The notes under the pieces were generated by a model. That model ran no database searches and was not told the origin of the DNA. It saw only the letters and a program-made list of their open reading frames with translations. Below are positions 1 to 8,732 of a stretch of 25,409 bases of DNA, piece by piece. The first letter of the stretch is position 1; every line of letters starts with the position of its first letter. Position numbers and translations under genes: made by a program. The stretch comes from a virus (Duplodnaviria > Caudoviricetes): positions 1 to 25,409 of IMG/VR virus record IMGVR_UViG_3300025432_000047; one strand, written 5' to 3'.

Positions 1-243
1 ATGGCAAACGGAAAGAAGAACGGAAAAGACGCTCCGATGACGTTTAAGACTGGAAAACCTGAGGTTAAACCCGAGGTTACGCCTGTTAAAGAGCCTCTAA
101 AAGCTGAGTCAAGTGATATCACTTCATTTAACTCTGCAGCGAATACGCTTATGGCAGATATCGGCTGTGGGCAGGTCGCATGGAATCTCGGAGTTGAAGC
201 TAAGAAAATAGCCAGGATTAGCCATACGAGCACCGGGAGCTGA
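1..243 (+). CDS. Hypothetical protein with a Lys/Pro/Glu-rich N-terminus (80 aa)
   Basis: ORF in the same orientation as the operon, ending 5 nt before the next ATG; no recognisable motif. Confidence 0.55.
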   Translation: MANGKKNGKDAPMTFKTGKPEVKPEVTPVKEPLKAESSDITSFNSAANTLMADIGCGQVAWNLGVEAKKIARISHTSTGS

Positions 244-248
244 TAAAC

Positions 249-866
249 ATGGCAAACGGAACGACTGAAAAGAAAGACGACGTTATTATCCCCGCTGCCC
301 CGCGACAAGTAGCGCCAGCAGCGCAACCTGAACCATATAAGACTCCTCGCGCACCTCCTACAACGGAATCACCAGAAAAGTTAGGTCTTAGCGCAAGTCC
401 AGGCATAGGGCCAACAGCGGGCGAGTTTACCCCAGATAGGGTACTCGGCGCGAAGCAATACATCTACCTCTGGGATACGGTAAACTTGCAGTGGGTTGGA
501 CTTGAAGGTCAGGATAAAGGCGACCTCAAGAGAAAGACCGACCAAAAGCAAGCGAAGGATAAAGATAACTATCCAGACTCAACGTACGTCTCAGGTTTCA
601 AGGACTGGTCAGTTGACTTCTCAGGAGACTGGATTATCGACCTGACAAGCGGCATACAGGGCCCAGGCATTAAACTGGCACAAGGCTACTGGGAGACGAA
701 TACGAACCCAGTGCCAATGATGCTCGTTACCCCCGGACCAGCAAACAGCTACTACGTCGGCAACGTGAACATCGCTGAGTGGGATCTTATGGGCCCTGTT
801 GACGGATACGAAACCTACAGCGGAAGCTTACAGGGAACCGGCGCATACGTGACGTACAATATGTAA
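249..866 (+). CDS. Major tail (tube) protein, TP901-1/Phage_tail_2-like, with a Pro-rich N-terminal extension
   Basis: The motifs WVGLEGQ...L.R.TD....KDKD....YVSGFKDWSVDFSG and GPVDGYETYSGSLQGTG match the pattern of TP901-1-family siphovirus tube proteins. GGGAG RBS-like sequence upstream. Confidence 0.8.
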   Translation: MANGTTEKKDDVIIPAAPRQVAPAAQPEPYKTPRAPPTTESPEKLGLSASPGIGPTAGEFTPDRVLGAKQYIYLWDTVNLQWVGLEGQDKGDLKRKTDQKQAKDKDNYPDSTYVSGFKDWSVDFSGDWIIDLTSGIQGPGIKLAQGYWETNTNPVPMMLVTPGPANSYYVGNVNIAEWDLMGPVDGYETYSGSLQGTGAYVTYNM

Positions 867-882
867 GGAGACCTTGGTTTAA

Positions 883-1257
883 ATGACGAATCCAACAACC
901 TTTACTGCAATAGTGCCAGGAGTGCCGGCAGGTACAACGGGAACTGCGTTAACCTATACAGCGGCCTCAGCCAGCTCCACGGGCGACCTCATACCGATGG
1001 CGTCAGGAGCGGCGATGACCGTCGTGCTGGTCAAGAACTCAGACGTCTCGAACACGCACACCGCGACGTTTCAGGGCGTAGCAGACCAGTGGGGTGTCGT
1101 GGCTACTGAAGCGGTTACTGTGCCCACCAGCGGTACGGTCGCAGTGGCGCTATTCCCACCCTCAAGATGGGCGAGTGCTACCAATACCTGCGCGGTAACG
1201 TATGATGTCTACTCTGACATCTCGATAGCAGTGCTACAGGTGCCCTGGTCAGGTTAG
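883..1257 (+). CDS. Small beta-rich virion protein (possible head or neck decoration)
   Basis: 124 aa, Ala/Thr/Val-rich. The pattern YTAAS..GD....VLVKN....T.T....VTVP.....FPP..W....VTY....IAVL resembles a recurrent small phage structural protein. AAGGAG upstream. Confidence 0.55.
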   Translation: MTNPTTFTAIVPGVPAGTTGTALTYTAASASSTGDLIPMASGAAMTVVLVKNSDVSNTHTATFQGVADQWGVVATEAVTVPTSGTVAVALFPPSRWASATNTCAVTYDVYSDISIAVLQVPWSG

Positions 1258-1259
1258 AC

Positions 1260-1757
1260 GTGAGCAACGGCGATCCCGATCAGGATAATGTCGAGAGCGT
1301 CATAACTGATCGGTCAAAGATACTAAGCGGCTATCCCACCGATGCGGTCGAGGACTCTTATGTCTATACGTCGGAGTTTATGATCTACAGGATGCGCCGG
1401 ACATATAACACATCCGGACACGGTGAGGCTCCGATGACGTGGTATCTCATTGATACTGCGCCCGGTAGAGTGCGGGAGCTCAACGCACACGAACGACTGA
1501 ATAACGAGTCTCGGAAGGACAAACTGACTCACAAGTGCTACTGCTCTCCGACTGCCGATATCCAGCGGAATGACGTGGTAGTCGTTTCACCAGCTCTTGA
1601 GGGCGGCGTTAATACGTTTCTCGTAGGCCACGCTCACTTGCCGGGTAATATTCAGCACCATTACGAGATCAACGCAAAGTCGATTGTTTCGGACTCAATA
1701 GAGTGGGCCGGGTATATGCTTAGTACACCAAAGGGATTGCTGGAAGAAGAAAGTTAA
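1260..1757 (+). CDS. Head-closure / head-tail joining protein, SPP1 gp16-like
   Basis: GTG start. The pattern IYR.......G....TW......GRV.......ER......THK.Y.....DI..ND.V......F.V.......HHYEI.A is typical of head-tail adaptors. Confidence 0.65.
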   Translation: MSNGDPDQDNVESVITDRSKILSGYPTDAVEDSYVYTSEFMIYRMRRTYNTSGHGEAPMTWYLIDTAPGRVRELNAHERLNNESRKDKLTHKCYCSPTADIQRNDVVVVSPALEGGVNTFLVGHAHLPGNIQHHYEINAKSIVSDSIEWAGYMLSTPKGLLEEES

Positions 1758-1772
1758 TTTAATTTAAAGTAA
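1746..1772 (+). promoter_or_regulatory. Possible promoter (AT-rich TTAATTTAATTTAAAG preceded by a purine run) in front of the inserted fibre gene block
   Basis: Local AT-rich island with a TATA-like TTTAAA about 40 nt upstream of ATG 1806 and purine-rich GAAGAAAAG before it, resembling archaeal BRE/TATA. Composition only. Confidence 0.25.
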
Positions 1773-1805
1773 GGAGGAGGAGGCCCGAGCAATCGGGGTA
1801 TAGAT

Positions 1806-3101
1806 ATGACACAGAGAGTTACTTTAGTTAAGGCTGAATCGCCAGGCAGTCCTGAGATTCCGCTTAATGTAGATTCATCCGGCAACATCGGTGTTAATGT
1901 AGAGAGTGGCGGATCTGGTGGTGGCAGTGGTGGAGTCGTACAGGTTTCTGACGGCACTACTAAAACACAACTTTTAGCCGTTGACGCAAGCGGCAAGATC
2001 GGCATTAATGCATTACCTGCAAACCTCGGCGCAGTCACGACCGACGTATGCGGCGCGACGACTCCAAAGACACTACTCGATCTGTTTAATGTCCTGACCG
2101 CAGCATCACCGGCGACGGGAATCACGGTCGCCACCTTACCAGCTATCACCGGCAGTGTCACCGCGACACTGTCAAGTCAGGCATTTACTAATACAATCCT
2201 CACAGCAATCGAAGATACAATTGCTCACACGATAGGCGTTCAAGTCAAAGGAGTCAGAACCGCAGCCGGATCGTGCATCGCGCACCGCGCATCACTCACC
2301 ACCGCCGACCTCGTAGGTCCGGCAACGTCAGCGAATCAGGCAGCACCAACAGCGCCGACGGTGGCCGACAGTGGCGTATCAGAAGGCAACCTTACACACG
2401 CGCCGACAACGTGGTATGGGGGATATGTGGTGAGAAATGGCATGGGCGTCACGATGGCCTCAGCGATTGGCTCCGTCTCACTCAGCGCCGCACACTCGAT
2501 CCGCATAACTATCCCGGCAGCGTGGGGCTCAAGTCTCTCTGACACGGATCTCGTTTATGAGATATTCCTCTCAACAGATTCGGGAGCACCAAAGCACGTT
2601 TGCACCTTCACCGGCGCACAACTGGCAGCAAGTGGTGGTGCGAATACGCGATGTTACTGCACAACCGCAGAAACGCCACTAACCAATGGAACCGGCGGAG
2701 CAACGTGGGCGTGTGATATAGGCGTAACCGGAGCGAATGCCCAGACAACGGCAAATCAATTCGCTACAAGCACCGCTGTATCACAGGCCTCGATAGCCGC
2801 TTTAACGGCGGTTTCAACGGCAGGATACAACAACGTTGACCTGTTCATTGATGCGATACAAACAGCATACACAACAACAACCCCAGCATTAACTCTCGTG
2901 CCAGTGTTCCTTAACGACAAGCAAGGAACCAATTATCACGTAGGCGCACCAATATACGTGAATATCCTAAACGGGGTGGGTCAGTCGTTCCGACAAATTT
3001 ATAACTTAACGACAAACGGCGCGAGCTTGATGATCCTCGTCGCGTCGATAGCCAACGTGACCGTGAACCGGATTGATATAACACCAACGAGCGTGGTATG
3101 A
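1806..3101 (+). CDS. Ala/Thr/Gly-rich virion structural protein (fibre or decoration-like)
   Basis: 431-aa ORF of beta-rich composition, with a Gly/Ser linker (SGGSGGGSGG) and an Ig/FN3-like segment after APTAPTVADSG; lies in the structural cluster. Confidence 0.6.
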   Translation: MTQRVTLVKAESPGSPEIPLNVDSSGNIGVNVESGGSGGGSGGVVQVSDGTTKTQLLAVDASGKIGINALPANLGAVTTDVCGATTPKTLLDLFNVLTAASPATGITVATLPAITGSVTATLSSQAFTNTILTAIEDTIAHTIGVQVKGVRTAAGSCIAHRASLTTADLVGPATSANQAAPTAPTVADSGVSEGNLTHAPTTWYGGYVVRNGMGVTMASAIGSVSLSAAHSIRITIPAAWGSSLSDTDLVYEIFLSTDSGAPKHVCTFTGAQLAASGGANTRCYCTTAETPLTNGTGGATWACDIGVTGANAQTTANQFATSTAVSQASIAALTAVSTAGYNNVDLFIDAIQTAYTTTTPALTLVPVFLNDKQGTNYHVGAPIYVNILNGVGQSFRQIYNLTTNGASLMILVASIANVTVNRIDITPTSVV

Positions 3102-3230
3102 ATGGCAGACCGTCCGAGGATGCGTATAGCGTTCCCGTCGCAGGCGGGACGAAACAACAACACAAGCGGACGTGCCGCCGTGACGCATAACGGATGTTCG
3201 TCTAAAAGACTAAGGAGAAAATCGCTATGA
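3102..3230 (+). CDS. Putative 42-aa basic micro-protein MADRPRMRIAFPSQAGRNNNTSGRAAVTHNGCSSKRLRRKSL
   Basis: The ATG directly follows the upstream TGA, and its stop overlaps the next ATG (ATGA at 3227-3230), filling the gap exactly. Below the ORF-track cutoff. Confidence 0.5.
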   Translation: MADRPRMRIAFPSQAGRNNNTSGRAAVTHNGCSSKRLRRKSL

Positions 3231-4513
3231 CTTCGCAAACCGTTGGCCTCTCGTGGATTCAAACTGCCGCTGAAAATGTAGCGTATCAATGGCTTGAGCA
3301 ACTAGCTCCGTTTAATACGCCATTAGGCACCGGCACTCCTACAACTCCGGCTGGGCACACCGCGCAAACGTATCACAACGCGGGGCAACTCGCCGTGACC
3401 AATTACCTCAACAGTGTGTCACCGTGGGGTAATATGCAGCGGATTCAGGTACTTCCCGACGGCACGATAACTACTCGGTACGGCGAACGCTGTTATGATG
3501 ATTCTCCATCAGGCGTTTTAGATTATGGAAACGCGATGTGGTATCTCCCGGCATATTGGTACTGGACGTACCACAAGCAAACGACTGACGATGTCGCTAC
3601 TTATAGATGGTTTATGTCGCCTACTGGCTCTCCAAATGATGTAATAAATCAGGGTAGTTTTCCAGCAGATGTTGATACAGGTACGCTGCCAAATTGGACG
3701 AGTTGGCCATATACGCCAACGTGGAAGTTACACCCGGCATATATCCGCAATGGGATAAACGAACCGTGGATTGCACTTGGAACGTATGAGGGGTATCAGC
3801 AGACCATCAATGGTGTAAGCCAGTTAACATCGCAAACAGGCGTAGTACCGACTGGCTCTCAGACCATTACGCAGTTTAGAACATTAGCAAAAAGTATTAA
3901 CTTAAACCTAAACTGGGGGATACAAGATTATCTCGCAACAACCGCGGTTCAACTGCCTTACCTAATAGAATACGGCGGCTTTAACTCTCAGCTTTTGTTG
4001 GGTGGGGGCTATTCGAACGTCGGCAGCATAACGGCTACAGGCAACACAGCGTCAAGCGGCAATACATCGGTTGGCACGTCAAACAACTACTTAACCCCGG
4101 TGAGCTTTCATGGCTTAGAAAATCTGTATGGTAACCAGTACAAATTCTTAGACGGCCTTAACTTACAAGGCGGAAATACGCCATGGATAGCAGACCATAA
4201 CTTTGCGGTAAACACGTTTAGCGGAACGTACAACAACACGACATTCTCGCTTCCGACGATTAACGGGGCGGTTATCTCGGATATCTATGTAACATCGCAA
4301 TATGACTATGGTTTTTTGCCATCTGCTGTGGCAGGCACTTCGACAACAAAACTCTGTGATGTCTATGGATATACCAGTAATGCAAGCGGACTCTTAGCCT
4401 ATGGGGGGCCATATACTTACTCCATCAACGGTGGGGTGTTCGGGCTCGTCGAGTATCCGTACACCGAGAGCACACTAGCGGCGGGCGCACGTTTAATGTT
4501 TATACCACAATAA
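3227..4513 (+). CDS. Receptor-binding / tail fibre protein with a C-type-lectin (Mtd/FGE-like) fold
   Basis: Motifs KLHPAY.RNG, GTYEG, YLIEYGGFNSQ, GLENLYGN..KFLDG and C-terminal GG.Y......GVF..........GARL are characteristic of CLec-fold phage adhesins that are often DGR targets. AAGGAG RBS upstream. Confidence 0.7.
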   Translation: MTSQTVGLSWIQTAAENVAYQWLEQLAPFNTPLGTGTPTTPAGHTAQTYHNAGQLAVTNYLNSVSPWGNMQRIQVLPDGTITTRYGERCYDDSPSGVLDYGNAMWYLPAYWYWTYHKQTTDDVATYRWFMSPTGSPNDVINQGSFPADVDTGTLPNWTSWPYTPTWKLHPAYIRNGINEPWIALGTYEGYQQTINGVSQLTSQTGVVPTGSQTITQFRTLAKSINLNLNWGIQDYLATTAVQLPYLIEYGGFNSQLLLGGGYSNVGSITATGNTASSGNTSVGTSNNYLTPVSFHGLENLYGNQYKFLDGLNLQGGNTPWIADHNFAVNTFSGTYNNTTFSLPTINGAVISDIYVTSQYDYGFLPSAVAGTSTTKLCDVYGYTSNASGLLAYGGPYTYSINGGVFGLVEYPYTESTLAAGARLMFIPQ

Positions 4514-5859
4514 TGACCAGAAAACGCCCGTCGTACCCCCTAAAGTTTATGGATATAGGAAGCACAGGCCCCGCCGTCGGGGTAGTTTCGGGCAGCAGTA
4601 CAGTGAACTATACATGGCCGAACGGAACGAACTATTCGTGGGTACGTAACGGCGTGACGCAAACATTTCCATGCAATGAAAATTATTTGGAATATCTAGC
4701 ACAGAACAATTGGAATGTGACTATGGGGCTTGACCCGTATCAATCGGCATGTGCAATCGTCGATACATCCGAAGATCTCGCCACCACTGCATTAAAGAGT
4801 AGTCACGGTCGCGCAGGCGTAGCCGATTATACGCTGTTAGACCAGTGGTATGAGTGCTATATCGCACCCCTCGAAGATTGGGGCATCGGTTGGCGGCTAT
4901 ACCCCACAGCATCCTCATATTCATGTGATATTCCGTGGTACACTGGTGTAGGGGGTAGAGATTATAACGGGTTGGTACAATGGAATACTCCGGCTACTGA
5001 TGCTGAAGCAGATCTGAGGGGCTGGAGTGAAGACCTTACAAATAGACCACTAAATCCCGCGGGAAACCCGATATGTCGTTCCTTTGAATCGCTCTTTGGA
5101 AATCTTGTTGATTATATCGAAACTAATTGTAGCAAGAACTTTATTGAGTTCGGCGATGAGTTTCAATACACCAACCAAGCCCGATTTGTGGCCGGGGCAA
5201 CAAGCATTTGGTATCAGGATTCCGTTGGCGGGTATCCGATGTCCGGTGAGTTCGGCTACCGAACGCAGTACCCAACGTGGCCCGGAGCGATGGGTGGCAC
5301 AACAGTCGATTGTGAGGTTTATAATCCGGCATACACCGGCAACCCCGTTACCGACTCCGCGAACGGCGTTCATTTCCAAACTGACTTAGAACGCTTACAG
5401 ATGATTGACTCTATACAATTCGAGTGTTATACCATAGGTGCGTTTCAAGGAACACTCCGACTACAAGCCGAAGTCGCCGGTTATGTAGTCGGCGGACAAC
5501 TCCCCGCTAATTTTCCTATGTGTCAAAATTACGACACACTTCAAAACATTAATTCAGACGGAACCGAACACTCATACGCCGGTGAGGTGTGGTGGGTTCC
5601 GGCAGGCGTAGGCGAACCGAATAACCGTCACTGGTGGGAAACGATGGCTTCGGTACAAGACATGAACCTACTGCGAGAAAAACGAATATCGTGGGGGCTA
5701 CCTGGCGCGTATGATGCGGTCAGTTGGATGCAAACCGGCAGTATGTGGCCATGGAACGCATCGGCCTATGACATGCCATGGTGGCTTTCGCAGGCGGATC
5801 AACTGAGCGTTACGGACGCGGTTTCCGCAGCAAACATAAATGCGAGGATGGTTGCGTGA
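4513..5859 (+). CDS. Acidic, aromatic-rich protein, possible TIM-barrel glycoside-hydrolase-like virion enzyme
   Basis: 448 aa, TAATG overlap. Alternating strand/helix pattern; IEFGDE and IQFECY echo Glu motifs in two other proteins of this window. Confidence 0.45.
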   Translation: MTRKRPSYPLKFMDIGSTGPAVGVVSGSSTVNYTWPNGTNYSWVRNGVTQTFPCNENYLEYLAQNNWNVTMGLDPYQSACAIVDTSEDLATTALKSSHGRAGVADYTLLDQWYECYIAPLEDWGIGWRLYPTASSYSCDIPWYTGVGGRDYNGLVQWNTPATDAEADLRGWSEDLTNRPLNPAGNPICRSFESLFGNLVDYIETNCSKNFIEFGDEFQYTNQARFVAGATSIWYQDSVGGYPMSGEFGYRTQYPTWPGAMGGTTVDCEVYNPAYTGNPVTDSANGVHFQTDLERLQMIDSIQFECYTIGAFQGTLRLQAEVAGYVVGGQLPANFPMCQNYDTLQNINSDGTEHSYAGEVWWVPAGVGEPNNRHWWETMASVQDMNLLREKRISWGLPGAYDAVSWMQTGSMWPWNASAYDMPWWLSQADQLSVTDAVSAANINARMVA

Positions 5860-6299
5860 CTATTGAGACTATTACGATCCCTGCAGGCGCAGGTAATACG
5901 TGGATCTATCTCACCATCTATGATAAAAGCGGAGCAGTCCTAAATTTCTGTGCGAACGATATTGACCCGCTGAACGCTAATGCCGGAGCGACGGTAACAT
6001 GGGCGCTATTAGGAACTAGCATTTCAAAAACGACCGCTGATAATACAATATTCAGCGCACATCCCGTAATGAGCGTTGTAGGGATCACGCAACAACCTTA
6101 TGTTGATACTAACGCTCCATGTTTCATAATTCGCATATTCAAAGATGAGATCGCAACATTGGACGGAACATATTGGTGGAAGTTAGCAGTCACGAATCCG
6201 GTTACAGACGTGACGAGTTATTTTGGCGGAACACTGAACGTTGGTGCGGCCGAGGTGACTCAACTATATTTAACAAACGTGGCAGTTAAGGAGAGCTGA
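5856..6299 (+). CDS. BppU-N-like Ig-fold adaptor protein
   Basis: Likely start is GTG 5856 (GTGA overlap with the upstream stop, GAGGA 7 nt before) rather than 5778. Pattern TITIPAG...LTIYD..G...VTW.....ISK.....GTYWWKLAVT.....GTLNV. Confidence 0.55.
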   Translation: MTIETITIPAGAGNTWIYLTIYDKSGAVLNFCANDIDPLNANAGATVTWALLGTSISKTTADNTIFSAHPVMSVVGITQQPYVDTNAPCFIIRIFKDEIATLDGTYWWKLAVTNPVTDVTSYFGGTLNVGAAEVTQLYLTNVAVKES

Positions 6300-6303
6300 T
6301 AAA

Positions 6304-6942
6304 ATGGCAATGGGACATTGGTATAGGTTTGGAAAATATCTTATGAACGCTGCCGCCACGTCGCCCGGCCCGTTTACGTGGAGCAGCGGAAGCTCAACAA
6401 CGAATTATGCACTCTACGCGATGATCTGCGATAGTACAGTTTACACGCCGAACGCGCAAGACGTATATCTCGGCGCGGTTGGCTCTCTTAATACAGCTAT
6501 GCCGACGGCGGGCGAACCGGCGGTCGGAACGTGTGCATTGACACGACAGCCGGTCTTTTTAGAATCCGTCGCACAGGCATCAAAGACCAACCCTCAGACC
6601 GATTATACGGTTTATACCGTTGATGAAACTCGACCCCCAAATTGGACTTCTATCGTTCCTAATCCGATGAACGGCGGGTGGGTCATTTTCTATTGGGACA
6701 TGAATATTAAGAACAAAGCCACGACGGGGCTTACCGCCGGAGCAGGCTATCATCCGAGCACGATTACAGGCGGCACAGATTATAGCACGACCTCACCGTT
6801 GATAGGGTGGGCTCCCCTTATCGATTCGACATCGACGCCATCAAATATAATCAAATCATGGGCTGGAGGCACGACGGTCACGGTTCAGTTTGATACGTCA
6901 TTCAGTCTCTCGCATCCGGTTTTATTCACCGACGAGGTTTAA
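6304..6942 (+). CDS. Conserved phage minor tail / fibre-associated protein
   Basis: Pattern ALYAMI..S.YTPN..D.YL....E.....W.SI.....VIFY....TTSPLIGW......GG..TVQF resembles a common small siphovirus structural protein. AAGGAG RBS. Confidence 0.55.
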   Translation: MAMGHWYRFGKYLMNAAATSPGPFTWSSGSSTTNYALYAMICDSTVYTPNAQDVYLGAVGSLNTAMPTAGEPAVGTCALTRQPVFLESVAQASKTNPQTDYTVYTVDETRPPNWTSIVPNPMNGGWVIFYWDMNIKNKATTGLTAGAGYHPSTITGGTDYSTTSPLIGWAPLIDSTSTPSNIIKSWAGGTTVTVQFDTSFSLSHPVLFTDEV

Positions 6943-6945
6943 CGA

Positions 6946-7731
6946 ATGGCAACAGCGGCAGTATCATATATAAATTCGCATGGGATGTTAGGTTGCATTT
7001 ACGCGACCTCAAAGAATGATTTAGTTACCGCCGATGTTGTTGCGATTAACGCTATAGGCTTAATCACCTGCATAAAAACGATCAGCGTGGTTTTGTCGCC
7101 GGATGTTACTTGTCAGCAGAACGCCCCCATAGACCTAATATATTCCGTCTTAGACAAGTTCACGTTGTCTGATTTGCCTATCGACAATGCAGCGGTAACA
7201 TGGGCGGCAGGGGGTACCAGCAAATCAACTTCGGACGGATCGGTCATAACATTCGGGAACACGCTCGTCGTTCAACTAGCTCCTGCCGACGTTGCCACTG
7301 TTGGAGCACACACATATACGGCGACGATCACGACGTCCGATGCGCATGTCTACATGATGACCGGCACACTCACCGTTGTCGAAGTAATTGGTATAATCTA
7401 TGAGCTTTTTGGAATGTTACCGCAAACCCAATTTGAGATGTATGGCACACTTCCAAATGCACAGCCGCGAATGTTTGGGATGCCGCAATCCGAGGTGCGA
7501 TTGGTAGGGATGCCGGAAGAACAACAGCGGTCGGGCTTTGGCACGCTGACTATAAAGAAACCGCGCGTGTTTGGCAGGCGTTCACCCGATACACAGTTGG
7601 TAGGAACGATACAAGAACAAGAACGTTCTGGATTGGGAATACTAACAACAACGAACCCGCGTATGCTCGGCACGCAACCAAAAACGAACGTGCGCCTGTT
7701 CGGGATGTTACAAGAGATAGATAAGAATTAG
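6946..7731 (+). CDS. Virion protein with a BppU-like Ig domain and C-terminal 10-11-aa repeats
   Basis: Central domain shares AxVTWA.GGTSKST with ATVTWALLGTSISKT of 5856..6299. The C-terminus is about ten repeats of (R/S)x(F/V/L)G(M/T). Confidence 0.55.
   Translation: MATAAVSYINSHGMLGCIYATSKNDLVTADVVAINAIGLITCIKTISVVLSPDVTCQQNAPIDLIYSVLDKFTLSDLPIDNAAVTWAAGGTSKSTSDGSVITFGNTLVVQLAPADVATVGAHTYTATITTSDAHVYMMTGTLTVVEVIGIIYELFGMLPQTQFEMYGTLPNAQPRMFGMPQSEVRLVGMPEEQQRSGFGTLTIKKPRVFGRRSPDTQLVGTIQEQERSGLGILTTTNPRMLGTQPKTNVRLFGMLQEIDKN
7405..7716 (+). repeat. Degenerate coding repeat array with a 10-11-aa unit; units also group into a longer ~31-aa period
   Basis: LFGMLPQTQFE-MYGTLPNAQPR-MFGMPQSEVR-LVGMPEEQQRS-GFGTLTIKKPR-VFGRRSPDTQ-LVGTIQEQERS-GLGILTTTNPR-MLGTQPKTNVR-LFGML. 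Confidence 0.75.
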
Positions 7732-7741
7732 GAGATAAGAG

Positions 7742-8260
7742 ATGGACGACTTCACAGTTTATCAAGGAACTGATGTGACGCCCTATGTGTCCGTCACGTC
7801 GGACGGAACGGCAACTGGCACGCCGATTGATGTGAGCGCTTGGACGGCGGCAACGTGGGTCGCATTCTCACTTCCGTTGACCGAAGAGCAAATGCCGTCT
7901 ATTACGAAGCATAAGGTAGACATGACAGTCGGTATTGACCCTCTTCTTGATCCGCCATCGGAGATTCAAAACAGCATATTTTTCCCACTGACAAATCAAG
8001 ACCTGGGCTCCGTGGACTTGCTTGGTCAATACCGTCATGAGTTGCGAATCACGCTTAACAGCAAGCAGTATGTAGTGTATCCTTTGGTAGGCATAGCGGC
8101 CACGTTCATGATTGACCAGAGCATTTCGTGGACAACATCGACGACACCCCCTGCGCCTCGCAGTGAATTGGTCAGGTTAGGCGGAACGCTCGACAAGTCG
8201 CCTGATGAGGTAACGAAAAGACCCAGTATCGATACGACAAGGCGCGTATCTTCTGTATAA
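7742..8260 (+). CDS. BppU-N-like Ig-fold adaptor protein
   Basis: DFTVYQGTD...VSVT......PIDVSAWTA.W......ITK......LT.QD.....GQYRHELRIT pattern. AGGAG RBS. Confidence 0.6.
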   Translation: MDDFTVYQGTDVTPYVSVTSDGTATGTPIDVSAWTAATWVAFSLPLTEEQMPSITKHKVDMTVGIDPLLDPPSEIQNSIFFPLTNQDLGSVDLLGQYRHELRITLNSKQYVVYPLVGIAATFMIDQSISWTTSTTPPAPRSELVRLGGTLDKSPDEVTKRPSIDTTRRVSSV

Positions 8261-8269
8261 GGTGAGCCA

Positions 8270-8626
8270 ATGGCTAGTAGCATGAATATCACCGCAGACC
8301 TTGAATCTGATATTGACGGCACCGCAGCCACGCAACTCGTTTCCCAGGAGATGTTTGACCCGTTCTGTAGAGAGAAAGCCCAAGAGATATACGAAGCATC
8401 TCAAGACTTAGTTCCGGTTGATACTGGTGCCCTTAAAGAATCAGGGCATATTGAAGAGGTAGGCAGTGCGGTAGGTGAGGGACTTTGGTACGTCGTGTAT
8501 GACGCGCCGACTAAAGACCAGAGCAAGTGGAAGAGTTATGCAATATTCTTAGAACTCGGCACCAGTAAGATGTCAGCACAGCCGTATCTTAGACCTGCGA
8601 TGGAACAGGTGATCGGCAAGCTTTAA
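8270..8626 (+). CDS. HK97 gp10-like tail completion protein
   Basis: Diagnostic VPVDTGALKES and YAIFLELGTSKMSAQPYLRPA motifs. Confidence 0.9.
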   Translation: MASSMNITADLESDIDGTAATQLVSQEMFDPFCREKAQEIYEASQDLVPVDTGALKESGHIEEVGSAVGEGLWYVVYDAPTKDQSKWKSYAIFLELGTSKMSAQPYLRPAMEQVIGKL

Positions 8627-8630
8627 ACCA

Positions 8631-8732
8631 ATGTCACACAAGCACAGCGTCCACAAAGCGAGGACAAAACACACACATAAGAAAAGCCACCACACGCATA
8701 AAAAGACGAAAACGAAACACAAGAAGAAATGA
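8631..8732 (+). CDS. 33-aa His/Lys-rich basic micro-protein MSHKHSVHKARTKHTHKKSHHTHKKTKTKHKKK
   Basis: ATG 4 nt after the gp10 stop; TGA overlaps the next ATG (ATGA 8729-8732). 12 Lys, 9 His, 1 Arg and no acidic residue. Confidence 0.6.
   Translation: MSHKHSVHKARTKHTHKKSHHTHKKTKTKHKKK

Noticed and set aside
5778-5855. ORF-track start at 5778 (and likewise 25068 for the last gene)
   Set aside because: These starts create long overlaps with upstream genes. Coupled starts with RBSs at 5856 and 25158 are more plausible.
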